From positions 32,001 to 96,000 of IMG/VR virus record IMGVR_UViG_3300005673_000003: DNA of 64,000 nt; one strand, 5' to 3'. The notes under the pieces are model-generated. The model saw only the letters and a program-made list of their open reading frames with translations. It was not told the origin of the DNA and did no database searches. Position numbers and translations under genes: made by a program. Positions 10,112-19,603 of this stretch are shown piece after piece (the stretch's first letter is position 1; each line of letters starts with the position of its first letter). This DNA is from a virus.

Positions 10112-12025
10112 CTACGCCTTCAACATTGCTGGCAGATTCTTGAGCAGAAACTCCATATCCTTAACACTGACTTCCAGGCCGGAAAAACCCTGATAAGCCT
10201 TCTGAATTTCTTCAATTTTTGGAGTAGAACCAATATCATGCTGAGCTTGGAGCCAAAGACTTAACGCTTTGTAAGGATCTCCCTTAGCTCCCTTCAGAAA
10301 AGGCGCATAAGGGTCACTACCGCTAGGCTGATTAGACGCTTGAGGCTGGGGAGCATTAATCGATTGATTATTGCTTCGAGGGGGAGTTGGGGGAGCAGTA
10401 GGGGTGAACCAAAAATCCTCTATCTCTTGCTGGGTAAATTCCGGCGAGGTATTCGCAACGGGCTTAGGAGGGGGAGGGGGAGGGGGAGCCTGGGGAACTT
10501 GCTGAGCGGGAACCTCTACCGTCATTTGGCTTGCGGCAGGGGGAGGGGAATCTGGGGGAGCGCTGGCAGATTTCGCAGGGGTAGCAGGAGCGGCAGGGGT
10601 GCCCGGAATGATACTCCCCGTCCAATTGCTCCCAGGCACCCAGTTAAGCCGCAACTCTTCCAGGCCATTAATCGGAGGAGTAGGCAGGTAGCCCATATCG
10701 ACGGGCAGCGAGGTAGCAAATCCGGCTGGCCTACCAACCTGCCGATAGATAGATTGAGCATACTCAGCCGCGCTATCTGGGATAGTGCGAGGAGAGAGTT
10801 TCATTTGAATCTTATCCTGAGTCATTTCAGCACCCATGATGATATGGGCCTGACGTAAAGCCTTCCGCTTGATGCCCATCTCTTCGAGCGTTAGAGTGTG
10901 CATCATTAGCCAGAAATAGATTCCGAACTTTTTAGCTTCTGTTGCCAGTTTATTTAGAGTCTTATTGACCTCCTCCCGCTCGTCGTCATCCAGCTCCTCT
11001 AATTGGTTGGTGAATTCATCAACCCCAACAACAACAGGAGGGTAGTTAATATTATTCTTTTTGCGATACTCAAACAGCTCTCGAACACGCAAAAGAAACT
11101 GATTAAGATCCTTTGCATCGCCTTTGAAAATACCACTTTGAACTGCCTTGGGAACGCTCTGCATTAATGGGATTCCAAGCCAGTTTGATCGAAATTCAGG
11201 AGTCGAGCCATTGCCGTAATGGCTATCGAACACATACAGCACCAAATTAGGCTCAGCAGTAGCCCATTGATAGAGCGCATAATGCGCGGCCACTGTTTTC
11301 CCTTCCTGGGAGTTCGCCGCAAAAACGCAATGCTCTTTGGCGCACTTAGCATACAACTCGTAGGCATCCTTGGGCCGCGCTAGCTCAGCTTGGTAAGCGG
11401 CTACTTCATCAAAGGAGGTCAGGTAATTTTGCTCCGGCATCCCTCCACCTGGCGCGGCTTCTAAAGCGGGTTGCTGATAAGGCAGCTCAAGCAGTCCATG
11501 TAATTGGAATTTTTCAAGGTAGCGAGGCTGCTTATACTCCGGCAGAGTCGAGATATAGCCTGCTAGATTATCCTCTGCGCTAATCATATCCACTGCATCA
11601 TTGAAAGCTTGGTTGTGAGCCAGCTTCTTGGCAAGCGAGATTTGATCTGCTCTCCGTAACTTGGAATGCGTCTCTTCTTGTGTTTGCTGGAGGTAGGAGA
11701 CATAGGAAAATGCGCCAGCGCTAATCGTGCTGGTAGCCAGCAGAAGGAAATTGGCAGCTTTGGGAATATGAAAAATAGGGGTCAGGATTAGTGATGCTCC
11801 GTAAGTGACGATCGCTAATCCTGCCAGCTTCCACATCGCAGAGCGCTGATCAGCAATCGATTGCCGGATAGCGTCAGTTTTAGGATCTCGAATGTAGCCC
11901 GTCTCATCGTAGACCTGATTAGCTCCTGGTATTGGTAGATAAGGATTGCCCTCAAACTGAGTGGAGCGGTAGTAATGGGGATTTTGAATTTCCTGATAGT
12001 AAGGATCGTATCCGTAAGTCATCAC
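10112..12025 (-). CDS. Membrane-anchored FtsK/HerA-superfamily ATPase with Pro-rich C-terminal linker
   Basis: Two N-terminal TMs; Walker A ANSQEGKT; YVFD strand; Walker B VVVGVDE; LATEAKKFGI. Confidence 0.75.
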   Translation of the reverse strand: MMTYGYDPYYQEIQNPHYYRSTQFEGNPYLPIPGANQVYDETGYIRDPKTDAIRQSIADQRSAMWKLAGLAIVTYGASLILTPIFHIPKAANFLLLATSTISAGAFSYVSYLQQTQEETHSKLRRADQISLAKKLAHNQAFNDAVDMISAEDNLAGYISTLPEYKQPRYLEKFQLHGLLELPYQQPALEAAPGGGMPEQNYLTSFDEVAAYQAELARPKDAYELYAKCAKEHCVFAANSQEGKTVAAHYALYQWATAEPNLVLYVFDSHYGNGSTPEFRSNWLGIPLMQSVPKAVQSGIFKGDAKDLNQFLLRVRELFEYRKKNNINYPPVVVGVDEFTNQLEELDDDEREEVNKTLNKLATEAKKFGIYFWLMMHTLTLEEMGIKRKALRQAHIIMGAEMTQDKIQMKLSPRTIPDSAAEYAQSIYRQVGRPAGFATSLPVDMGYLPTPPINGLEELRLNWVPGSNWTGSIIPGTPAAPATPAKSASAPPDSPPPAASQMTVEVPAQQVPQAPPPPPPPKPVANTSPEFTQQEIEDFWFTPTAPPTPPRSNNQSINAPQPQASNQPSGSDPYAPFLKGAKGDPYKALSLWLQAQHDIGSTPKIEEIQKAYQGFSGLEVSVKDMEFLLKNLPAMLKA

Positions 12026-12031
12026 AGCCCC

Positions 12032-12331
12032 CTAACTTGATTGAGAGGCGATATACACCCCGATAGCTACAACGAAACCAAGAGCCATACACCCCAGGAA
12101 ACCAGGGATGCCAGCCGCAATAAAATCGCTCGGTCGGGCACGCACCCCTTTATTAGCCTTCAGTAGCACCATCATGACCAGCGAGAGGGCAAAGAATGCC
12201 AGGAATACGCCAATCAGAATCACATTGGTACCGCCGCTAAACTGCGGGAATGCCCTGGCGATGAATCCGAGCAATGTAACTAAACTAATTCCTGTGAAGA
12301 ATAAGCCCAGGAATGGGAAAGCCTTAACCAT
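12032..12331 (-). CDS. Three-TM membrane protein
   Basis: Three hydrophobic helices; same operon as the ATPase. Confidence 0.75.
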   Translation of the reverse strand: MVKAFPFLGLFFTGISLVTLLGFIARAFPQFSGGTNVILIGVFLAFFALSLVMMVLLKANKGVRARPSDFIAAGIPGFLGCMALGFVVAIGVYIASQSS

Positions 12332-12333
12332 AG

Positions 12334-12837
12334 CTACATTCCTCCATTTGGATCGTAATCATTAATCAGGTAAAGGTTTTGATCAAACGAGTAACTGTAG
12401 CTATCCGTCACCGGATTGTAGGAGTTCGCCATCCGGTTCATTGCGGCCATGTACCCTTGCATATTCTGAGCATTTTGCTCAGAATATGCAAGGGGTTTCT
12501 TGCAACCATTCAGGATGGCTGCAACTCGCTGTTGATGCTGTTGACGGATAGCCTCTGCTCGGCTTACTGCATTTTGCCCCCGTTGTAGTTCAGCCTGGAT
12601 ACTCTCTTGAGTTCCGTCGAACATAGGGTAAGGATACTGGTTGTAGTCGATTGGCTGGGAATCGTCCTCATACTCCCAGTCGATAACCTCTGCGTCAATC
12701 ACGTCGCTATTCTGAAAGGATTGCGATTGCGTTGGCCGCGCCTGCGGCGAGGATGGTACACCCTGAGAATCATCTAAGTCTGGAGGATTGCAGAGGTTTT
12801 TAAGTACACCCAAAAATGAAAGGCTATTCGCGCTCAT
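12334..12837 (-). CDS. Hypothetical Q/Y-rich protein
   Basis: AAGGAG RBS; operon context. Confidence 0.7.
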   Translation of the reverse strand: MSANSLSFLGVLKNLCNPPDLDDSQGVPSSPQARPTQSQSFQNSDVIDAEVIDWEYEDDSQPIDYNQYPYPMFDGTQESIQAELQRGQNAVSRAEAIRQQHQQRVAAILNGCKKPLAYSEQNAQNMQGYMAAMNRMANSYNPVTDSYSYSFDQNLYLINDYDPNGGM

Positions 12838-12903
12838 AATTTAATGCTCCTTGATTGCTTGACCGATTAGAAATTGATTGATTATTGCTGGTACAAGAAG
12901 GGG

Positions 12904-13374
12904 CTACAGGAAGTGATTGAGAGCATCTCCATAGATAGCGTTATAGCCCTCCGCTTTGGCTTGATGACCGCCAAAGACAAAGTTTTGCCGTTGGTAAGAC
13001 CGATTAAATTTCTCCTGATGACCCGCGATCTGATTATTAACTCGCATCATTGCCGCCGCATGGTTCACTTCAATTCCGACTTGCCGAGCAAGCGCATTGG
13101 CTTGCTGAATCCTGGCTTGAGATAAATCCTGCAATAACTCTGCTGTTGCCTGAGATTTCGCTGCATCCTGCATGGCCTGATGGACGCTCTGAGGAGTCGT
13201 GGTATAAGGCAGAGATGCAATACCACCGATTTCACCTAGCCAGGTTGGGGCATTTGCTAATTGCCCAGGATTGTAATTAGGCAAGCCAGTAACTATAGAA
13301 GATCCACTACTCCCACCTACAAGGGAGCTAAACATGCCGCTTACAGTTCTAACAAGATCTAATCCAAAGGCCAT
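12904..13374 (-). CDS. Hypothetical coiled-coil protein
   Basis: AGGAG RBS; A/Q-rich helix. Confidence 0.7.
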   Translation of the reverse strand: MAFGLDLVRTVSGMFSSLVGGSSGSSIVTGLPNYNPGQLANAPTWLGEIGGIASLPYTTTPQSVHQAMQDAAKSQATAELLQDLSQARIQQANALARQVGIEVNHAAAMMRVNNQIAGHQEKFNRSYQRQNFVFGGHQAKAEGYNAIYGDALNHFL

Positions 13375-13405
13375 TACTCTATCTCCTGGTTAAATTTCTA
13401 GATTT

Positions 13406-14143
13406 CTATCGAACTTGAGCGGTATAACCACCGCTGGGGGTGCCTACAGTTTGATAGGGTGCTGTCGGTGGAGGCGCGACTGGTGCTATCGGCTGCTGGC
13501 CGCCATAAGGATCAGGGGTAGTGGGAACCGGAGGTAAGCCAGGAGCGGGAGCCTGGTATGGATATGAAGGCTGAGCAGGCTGACCATAGGGAGGCTGATA
13601 CTGTTGCTGCAATGACTTTGTTGCTTCTTTAGCTGCATCGCCGCACCCAAATAAGCAATTCACCGAAACACTTGGAGGAGGGCGCTTAGCTGCCTCGACT
13701 GCGGCTTGAGCATTAAGCTTGGCAATCTCCATCATTTGATTGGATGGGGATGCACTGGTCAGGTAAGACAAGAACCATGCTCCACCGCACCCCAGAATGA
13801 CAATCCCAGCCAATCCGAACGTCCAGAGCTTCTCTGGAGCATGAACAGGAGTATTTTGAATAGGGCGCGGCTGCAAGCGTTGCTGAGCCATTACCTGCTC
13901 ATAAACGGGCCTGGGCACCATTCCCACTCCAGGCATCTCAACCATCTGCCCTGCCGCTTGTCGCTGCATTAACGCGGCTTGCTGCGCTTGCATCTGACGA
14001 GGATCATACCCAGGAGGCAGAGAAGGTACTTGGGCTATATTCGCTGGATAGCGAGGGGGAGGAGGAGCCTCTTCGTCAGCCAATTGCGGTTGTTGAGGTA
14101 GAGCTGTTTTGAGTTTTTCCAGAATTTCCATTAATTGCTCCAA
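13406..14143 (-). CDS. Pro/Gln-rich single-pass membrane protein
   Basis: Central TM (LWTFGLAGIVILGCGGAWFL) flanked by low-complexity P/Q/Y. Confidence 0.7.
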   Translation of the reverse strand: MEQLMEILEKLKTALPQQPQLADEEAPPPPRYPANIAQVPSLPPGYDPRQMQAQQAALMQRQAAGQMVEMPGVGMVPRPVYEQVMAQQRLQPRPIQNTPVHAPEKLWTFGLAGIVILGCGGAWFLSYLTSASPSNQMMEIAKLNAQAAVEAAKRPPPSVSVNCLFGCGDAAKEATKSLQQQYQPPYGQPAQPSYPYQAPAPGLPPVPTTPDPYGGQQPIAPVAPPPTAPYQTVGTPSGGYTAQVR

Positions 14144-14232
14144 ATACCGAGAGGGCGATCGCGATAATTACCAAAGCTGCAAGAATTTTGTAGAGAGCTG
14201 CCAACCAAGTTGGCTGACCAGGAAATAATCGA

Positions 14233-14835
14233 TCAATTAGTAGGTGCTCCGCCAAAGATTTGGGCAGATAGCTCTTTGCCCCGAGAACGAAAGTGGGTCA
14301 GCCTTGGCTGACTACCTCCCGCTTTATTCATAAATTTGTCTATGGTCAAGTCAGCAGTATTGAGAGCAATGCCTATCAATAAGTCCGAGTAGCCTTCTGC
14401 AAACTCATGACTTCCAGCTAAAAGCTCCTCTTTAATAACCGTGAGTTCTTGATCGACAATTCGAGCAATGTTCCTCATTCCATCCTGATTGCCGCCGCTA
14501 TCTTGCGCGTCTTGAGGTTGATCCCCCAAAGAAACTTCATCCGCTTTAACTAAGCCGCCAGCTTGAGCATCCTCAGCTTGAGGATTGCCAGCATCATCGC
14601 TTTTGCCGCTCTTCTTAGAATTAGATTTTGCTAGTTTGCTTTTGTTAGTCTGCTCCCGCTGATCATTGATTGATTGACCAAGAAGCAGAACATCCTCGTC
14701 ACCATTGATAACCCATCCTGCATCCAAGCATTTCTGGACTAGCTTTTCGTCGGCTTCTACGCCGACATCTGCAAGCTTGGCAATAATGTCTAAAGTGTTC
14801 ATAACCATTCCTTGAGTGCTACTGAGGCGATGCAC
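14233..14835 (-). CDS. Hypothetical protein, first gene of the ATPase operon
   Basis: ORF with likely start near 14808/14802. Confidence 0.7.
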   Translation of the reverse strand: MHRLSSTQGMVMNTLDIIAKLADVGVEADEKLVQKCLDAGWVINGDEDVLLLGQSINDQREQTNKSKLAKSNSKKSGKSDDAGNPQAEDAQAGGLVKADEVSLGDQPQDAQDSGGNQDGMRNIARIVDQELTVIKEELLAGSHEFAEGYSDLLIGIALNTADLTIDKFMNKAGGSQPRLTHFRSRGKELSAQIFGGAPTN

Positions 14836-14911
14836 CCGATTGGGGCACTGAACACACTCTAAACGGTTAAGATAAACCTGTCAACATGACAGGATAAAAA
14901 TATCTCGAAAA

Positions 14912-15220
14912 TCAATCGATTTTCTTGGTTCGCTTCCTGGCTCTCTTCGTCAAATTACCTGTCCGCTCAGCTTCAATCCTCCTGGCGCGGGCTATCTCGT
15001 AGATCTCCCGTTGCTGGGGAGGCATGATGTTATCCTGAGCATCCCAAGCCAAAAAGAGTGCATGAAGGTTATCCAGGTGATTTAGAAGCGACTGGGGAGG
15101 GCTTACTGGGTTTTCCTTCCTGAACCAATGCTGCACCCCATCAACGGTGTAGCCGCCAATCAAGTCAGCCAGCTCAGGGTACGTGAGCCGCCAATGCTCC
15201 TTGAATTCTTTCGGGTGCAT
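14912..15220 (-). CDS. HTH (XRE-like) DNA-binding protein
   Basis: LTYPELADLIGGYTVDGVQHWF; ATG immediately after the GNAT stop. Confidence 0.7.
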   Translation of the reverse strand: MHPKEFKEHWRLTYPELADLIGGYTVDGVQHWFRKENPVSPPQSLLNHLDNLHALFLAWDAQDNIMPPQQREIYEIARARRIEAERTGNLTKRARKRTKKID

Positions 15221-15222
15221 TA

Positions 15223-15936
15223 TTAGCTCAAGCTCCTGAACCGCTTTTGCAGAGCTTGAGGGGAGCAATCCTTAGCTCCATAGAGATCCAAGCCATCGGG
15301 CAGCTTAGAGCCTGGGGTAACTACCTTTAACCCAAATAGCTCCAATGCCTTGCGGCCCATTTCGGTCTGAGCTTGACCGTACATATAGCAGGGATAGGCA
15401 ATGTGCCCCGAATTCCTCCAAGCGCCGATCGCGCATCGCATCAAAGGCCGCGCCAGTCCAGCATTTCTCCACTTCTCGACAATCACAATGCCGCTAAAAT
15501 ACCAATGCTTCGCCCCATATTCGAGGCAATCCCATTCGCTAAACGGGAAGAGATCTTCCTCCCGGATTTCTCCAGCAATAAATTGAGCAGCCTGCTTCTC
15601 GCTCAAGGGATAAATGCCAAGAGATCCAACTATCCGGCCCCCAATTAGCAGGCAGCGGCCAGCGTTAGGGTATTGAGTCCACCATCGCTCAAAGCTCTCA
15701 AACTCAATTGAGTGATCCTGGTAAGCTTCTTTGTCTATCTCCCAAAGTTCCCGGAGCATTGATAGATCTTGTACTGCCGATACTTGGATCAGTGAAGGAG
15801 CGGATACGGTTTTCACTAGCTCTTCGCAGGCTGCATCCCTTGAGGATAGTACACTTGAACTCATTAGACTGACCGGGATATGAATGATTACCTTCATCAC
15901 ACTCGCTTTCGTCTTATCTGTCAATAATTGGGTCAA
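15223..15936 (-). CDS. GNAT-family acetyltransferase
   Basis: YFSGIVIVEKWRNAGLARPLM (motif A) and GRIVGSLGIYP. Confidence 0.7.
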   Translation of the reverse strand: MTQLLTDKTKASVMKVIIHIPVSLMSSSVLSSRDAACEELVKTVSAPSLIQVSAVQDLSMLRELWEIDKEAYQDHSIEFESFERWWTQYPNAGRCLLIGGRIVGSLGIYPLSEKQAAQFIAGEIREEDLFPFSEWDCLEYGAKHWYFSGIVIVEKWRNAGLARPLMRCAIGAWRNSGHIAYPCYMYGQAQTEMGRKALELFGLKVVTPGSKLPDGLDLYGAKDCSPQALQKRFRSLS

Positions 15937-16054
15937 CTATTCTGTCAAAAATATCTTAAGTTTCTGTTTATAGCTACTGACAAATTAAGACATTATTGGT
16001 AGAATCCTGGCATGATTACAGGATAAACCCCATCAATACAAGGGAACTACACCA

Positions 16055-16594
16055 ATGGGAAAAACTATCTACAGCATTGATAACGAATTGCAAATTTGCG
16101 ATTCAGCTTATATCCGAGTCCTCTGCGGATCACCTTCAGACCCAACCTGGGCAAAGTATCGGAGACTGGCAGGAGTGCCCAAAAAGGCTAAGAGAATCAC
16201 TCTGCGGCAAAGCTTCTTACTCTGGACGACTGCCAACCTATACCATAACGGGGAGAGGGGATTGACCCGCTTCAAAGTAGCATCGATCGCGAACGAGTTG
16301 CTCCAGGTACATCCAGAGGTAAGCGACTTGATGACGACGCTAGCCGGAGGGGATGGCATCGAAGGCCGCAATCTAGCGCAGGCTATCTCCAATTTAATCG
16401 GGAAAGAAGTATCAACCAGAACGCTTTACCGGAGGGGATCTGCACTCAGCCTCCCAAAGTTCCAGATGAATAAGCGGTACTCGCTGGAGCAGGTTCGCAG
16501 ATTTGCCGCCTCCTTCCCGGAGCGACAACCCAGACGGAAGCGCGCCCCAAAGAAGCGGCAGGAAAAAGAAGCTCCTGAAGCCAAAAGAGCTTAA
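16055..16594 (+). CDS. Basic putative DNA-binding protein
   Basis: LAQAISNLIGKEVSTRTLYR is HTH-like; K/R-rich; divergent from the GNAT gene. Confidence 0.55.
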   Translation: MGKTIYSIDNELQICDSAYIRVLCGSPSDPTWAKYRRLAGVPKKAKRITLRQSFLLWTTANLYHNGERGLTRFKVASIANELLQVHPEVSDLMTTLAGGDGIEGRNLAQAISNLIGKEVSTRTLYRRGSALSLPKFQMNKRYSLEQVRRFAASFPERQPRRKRAPKKRQEKEAPEAKRA

Positions 16595-16653
16595 CCCTAG
16601 CTCAGCACTTAATCGACTATCAATAATCAATCAATTTCACATCGGAGTCAGAT

Positions 16654-17229
16654 ATGAATCCAATCAAGAGCCTCTTTAAGTTTTTCCTCCAGATAGGCAT
16701 CCTGGGAGGGATTCTGATCGGCATGATGCACATGGTTAGCCAGAGTGACCAGAGACAAGCAGCAAAACTGGCCGCGCAGAGTCAACAATCCCAACAAGAA
16801 GGAAGACAGCAGGAGGGGCAAGGGGGAATAGTTACCGTGGTACCCAGCCCAGGCACTACGGTAACGCAACCTGGCGATAGCCGGATCATTATTCAGGCTA
16901 ATCCTACTCCTACCCCTCAAGCAATCGCGCCATCTCCGGTTGCACCAGCACCTATCCCCACTCCTGCTCCTACTCCTCAATCTCCTGCGCAAGGGATTGG
17001 AACCCCTATCTTCAGTCAACCAAATACATCTGCAGCAAATCAATCGGGCTACCTGCCCAGCCGCTCTCCAATCTCGTTACCCAGCAATCCACAAACCGGG
17101 CAACCCTATCGGCAGAACGGCATGATCTGGATTGTGTCTGGGGGGCAGTCAGGCTGGATCATGGAGGGAGCGATCGCTGCCCCTGCACCCGTAGCACCGC
17201 AGGCGGCTCAGCCCTATCAAGCTCTCTAA
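16654..17229 (+). CDS. Membrane-anchored Pro/Gln-rich exported protein
   Basis: N-terminal TM, PTP/PAP linker, C-terminal segment with SGWI. Confidence 0.7.
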   Translation: MNPIKSLFKFFLQIGILGGILIGMMHMVSQSDQRQAAKLAAQSQQSQQEGRQQEGQGGIVTVVPSPGTTVTQPGDSRIIIQANPTPTPQAIAPSPVAPAPIPTPAPTPQSPAQGIGTPIFSQPNTSAANQSGYLPSRSPISLPSNPQTGQPYRQNGMIWIVSGGQSGWIMEGAIAAPAPVAPQAAQPYQAL

Positions 17230-17310
17230 GCTCTTTTTTAGCTGTTCTAGATTTCTAGAAATCTGAATTTCTAGATTCGCAATAATCAATCAATTCATGG
17301 AGGTAAGAAG

Positions 17311-17643
17311 ATGCTGGGAAGATTGCTGGTGATTTTATTAGCTGTGCCGTTTTTAATCGTCCTGACCGCTGGCGTTGCTGGGGTGTTCAAGGCTGGCAAG
17401 TATGCAGAGGTTGCTAAGGATGCTGGCAACCTCCTAGATAGCATCGGCAGGTTAGATTCTGGCGGCTTGCCAGTATTTGATCAGCCTTACGGGTCGAATC
17501 GGGTTGCAATCCTGCCTAAAGGCTCTCAGGTGCAAGTTAGTGCCTACAAAGAAAACGGGAGGGTATTTATCCAATCTGGCAGCACTTCTGGATGGGTGCA
17601 GGAAAGCGCTCTAACTCCGGTGACTGGCTCATCTCCCCGGTGA
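17311..17643 (+). CDS. Membrane-anchored SH3b domain protein
   Basis: TM, then VFDQP...VAILPKGSQVQV...SGWVQESAL; GGAGG RBS. Confidence 0.7.
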   Translation: MLGRLLVILLAVPFLIVLTAGVAGVFKAGKYAEVAKDAGNLLDSIGRLDSGGLPVFDQPYGSNRVAILPKGSQVQVSAYKENGRVFIQSGSTSGWVQESALTPVTGSSPR

Positions 17644-18109
17644 CGCTTTTTGTCAAAAAATTTCGCTTAAGATAGAGTTGTCACGGCTGAAACCCGCTCT
17701 GGGCTTGGATCTCTATTTTTGACAAACTTAAGACATTTTTGAAAGTCGATAATTGATCGATTATTGCAAAGATGGCTGAAACGCCCAGCCAGAGCGTTAA
17801 TCAATCGATTTTCGAGAGCTAAAAAAGAGGGCAAAAGGGGTTAAGATAAACTTTGCAGAAAATGGCAGTTTGTCACAAGACAGCCCTCAAACACTCTCTG
17901 GGTATGGCCTGCGAGGTTATCTTAAGTGTTTTTCGGATCTGGAAAAACCCCAAAAAACCAGGGGTTTCCTATAAGGGGATCTGGCGATCGGCCAGCGCTG
18001 CCAAACCGAGCTGAGGTTAGCCAGGGCTGCCACGACTCGCAAGAGATACCTCACCAGGATGTCTACCAGGACAACCAAGCATCAATAATCAATCGATTTT
18101 GGAGGATAG

Positions 18110-18424
18110 ATGATCACAGCAAAACGATTGGCTTACTCTCTACTCCAGGCACTTTTACTGCAAGGAGCTAGCGGGGCAGAACTGGATCCAGATGATCCAG
18201 AAACCGATCCAACCAGCCCAAATTATTTAGCCTGGATGTGCCATCAGGTTATCAATGCACCGGAGCATCCAACGGTAGAGGAAAATGAAAAACTACATCG
18301 CTGGATTGGCTGCATTCAGGGAGTACTTATCTCCTCAGGGCAGACAATTGAGGAGCGTCGAGCGATCCTTCAGCATGAACGGGATAGAACCCGGAATATA
18401 GTCAAACCTTTAAGCAGCCAATAA
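18110..18424 (+). CDS. Phage hypothetical protein
   Basis: GGAGG RBS; KLHRWIGCIQGVL motif. Confidence 0.7.
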   Translation: MITAKRLAYSLLQALLLQGASGAELDPDDPETDPTSPNYLAWMCHQVINAPEHPTVEENEKLHRWIGCIQGVLISSGQTIEERRAILQHERDRTRNIVKPLSSQ

Positions 18425-18457
18425 TCAATCGATTTTGAAGGAAGTATCGGAGGAAGT

Positions 18458-19099
18458 ATGGGAGCAGCAAAACAGAAGCGATTAGCCAATAAAGATACTG
18501 GTCGAGCTGCCAGGTATTGCATCTGGTTTTGGCATGACCTTGATCCAGGGGCAGGGAAGTACAACTGGTTCAGCAAGATTATTTTTTATACGAGAACAGA
18601 TAGCGGCGTTTGGAGCGGCGACTTGCAGGCCATCCACGATACCAATATCCGGGCGGTTGGTTGCCTGGGAATCATCACTGCTTTCATGCGGTTCCCCGGC
18701 AACAAGAACTACAGAGAAGCGCTGATAAAAGCATTGGGCCAGGAGAGCTTAAAGCAGCTTGAAGGATTAGCTGCTGATAGGCCCATTGGGAAAACCTTTG
18801 TAATGCAGCTCCGAGGCAGGCTAATCAATATCGATAATGAGAGTTTTGACTCGGTGGGGATCTACCCCTACCTGGAAGGGGTGCCGGACGGAGATGGGAT
18901 CAAAGCTGGGGAATATGCTCTAAATTTAGAGCGATCGCTGGCGCTGGCGACCGAGAGTACCGCTAATAAGGTAAAGCGGATTGATTACGACAAAGAAGCA
19001 GCAAAGCTGGATGAGCTTGGAGATCTTGCTGAAAAGCTGCATCAGATGGGAGTCAGCGCCCCAGTCCCTATCGAGCATCGAATTATGAAGCTTGCGTAA
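18458..19099 (+). CDS. Hypothetical protein
   Basis: GGAGG RBS; MGAAKQKR start. Confidence 0.7.
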   Translation: MGAAKQKRLANKDTGRAARYCIWFWHDLDPGAGKYNWFSKIIFYTRTDSGVWSGDLQAIHDTNIRAVGCLGIITAFMRFPGNKNYREALIKALGQESLKQLEGLAADRPIGKTFVMQLRGRLINIDNESFDSVGIYPYLEGVPDGDGIKAGEYALNLERSLALATESTANKVKRIDYDKEAAKLDELGDLAEKLHQMGVSAPVPIEHRIMKLA

Positions 19100-19176
19100 A
19101 TCAGGTGCCCCTCCCTACCCGTTGAGACATAATAGGGATGTAAGCGCGAATCAATCAATTATCGGAGTAAGCAGCC

Positions 19177-19338
19177 ATGTCTAATCAATACGCTAATCTG
19201 ACCGCTTCTGAGCTGAGAGCCGAATTCGAGCGTTTAACCGCTGTAATGCAAGAGGTTGCTCAGCGGATCTCCAATGACTACAAAGGGTATCTTTCCCCGA
19301 CTGCGGAGCAGATGCATGAAGCTCACACCACCTGCTGA
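19177..19338 (+). CDS. Small protein (53 aa, MSNQYANLTASELRAEFERL...)
   Basis: Motif and GGAG RBS upstream; below the ORF track cutoff. Confidence 0.55.
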   Translation: MSNQYANLTASELRAEFERLTAVMQEVAQRISNDYKGYLSPTAEQMHEAHTTC

Positions 19339-19360
19339 CGCGAGGTGGTGTGAGCTTCAT
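19316..19360. repeat. Perfect 18-bp inverted repeat resembling IS200/IS605 end hairpins
   Basis: ATGAAGCTCACACCACCT-GCTGACGCG-AGGTGGTGTGAGCTTCAT. Confidence 0.7.
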
Positions 19361-19603
19361 TACCAGCATGGAGGCGAGGGGCACCCGTTAAGGTTTTCTC
19401 AATACCAGAATAATTAATCGATTATTGCCCTAAAAATTCTTGTAGTCAGATCCAATCAAAATCAGATACAATCAATTCGCTCGGAGCTTCTAACCAACTC
19501 TAAGCAACGCTGATAACTGTACTTCAAGCCGTAGTCCATCCTGCGGCTTATTTTTGTATTTTTATCCAATTACCCCTCGCTAGAATAGTGGCAAGCAAAT
19601 TTA

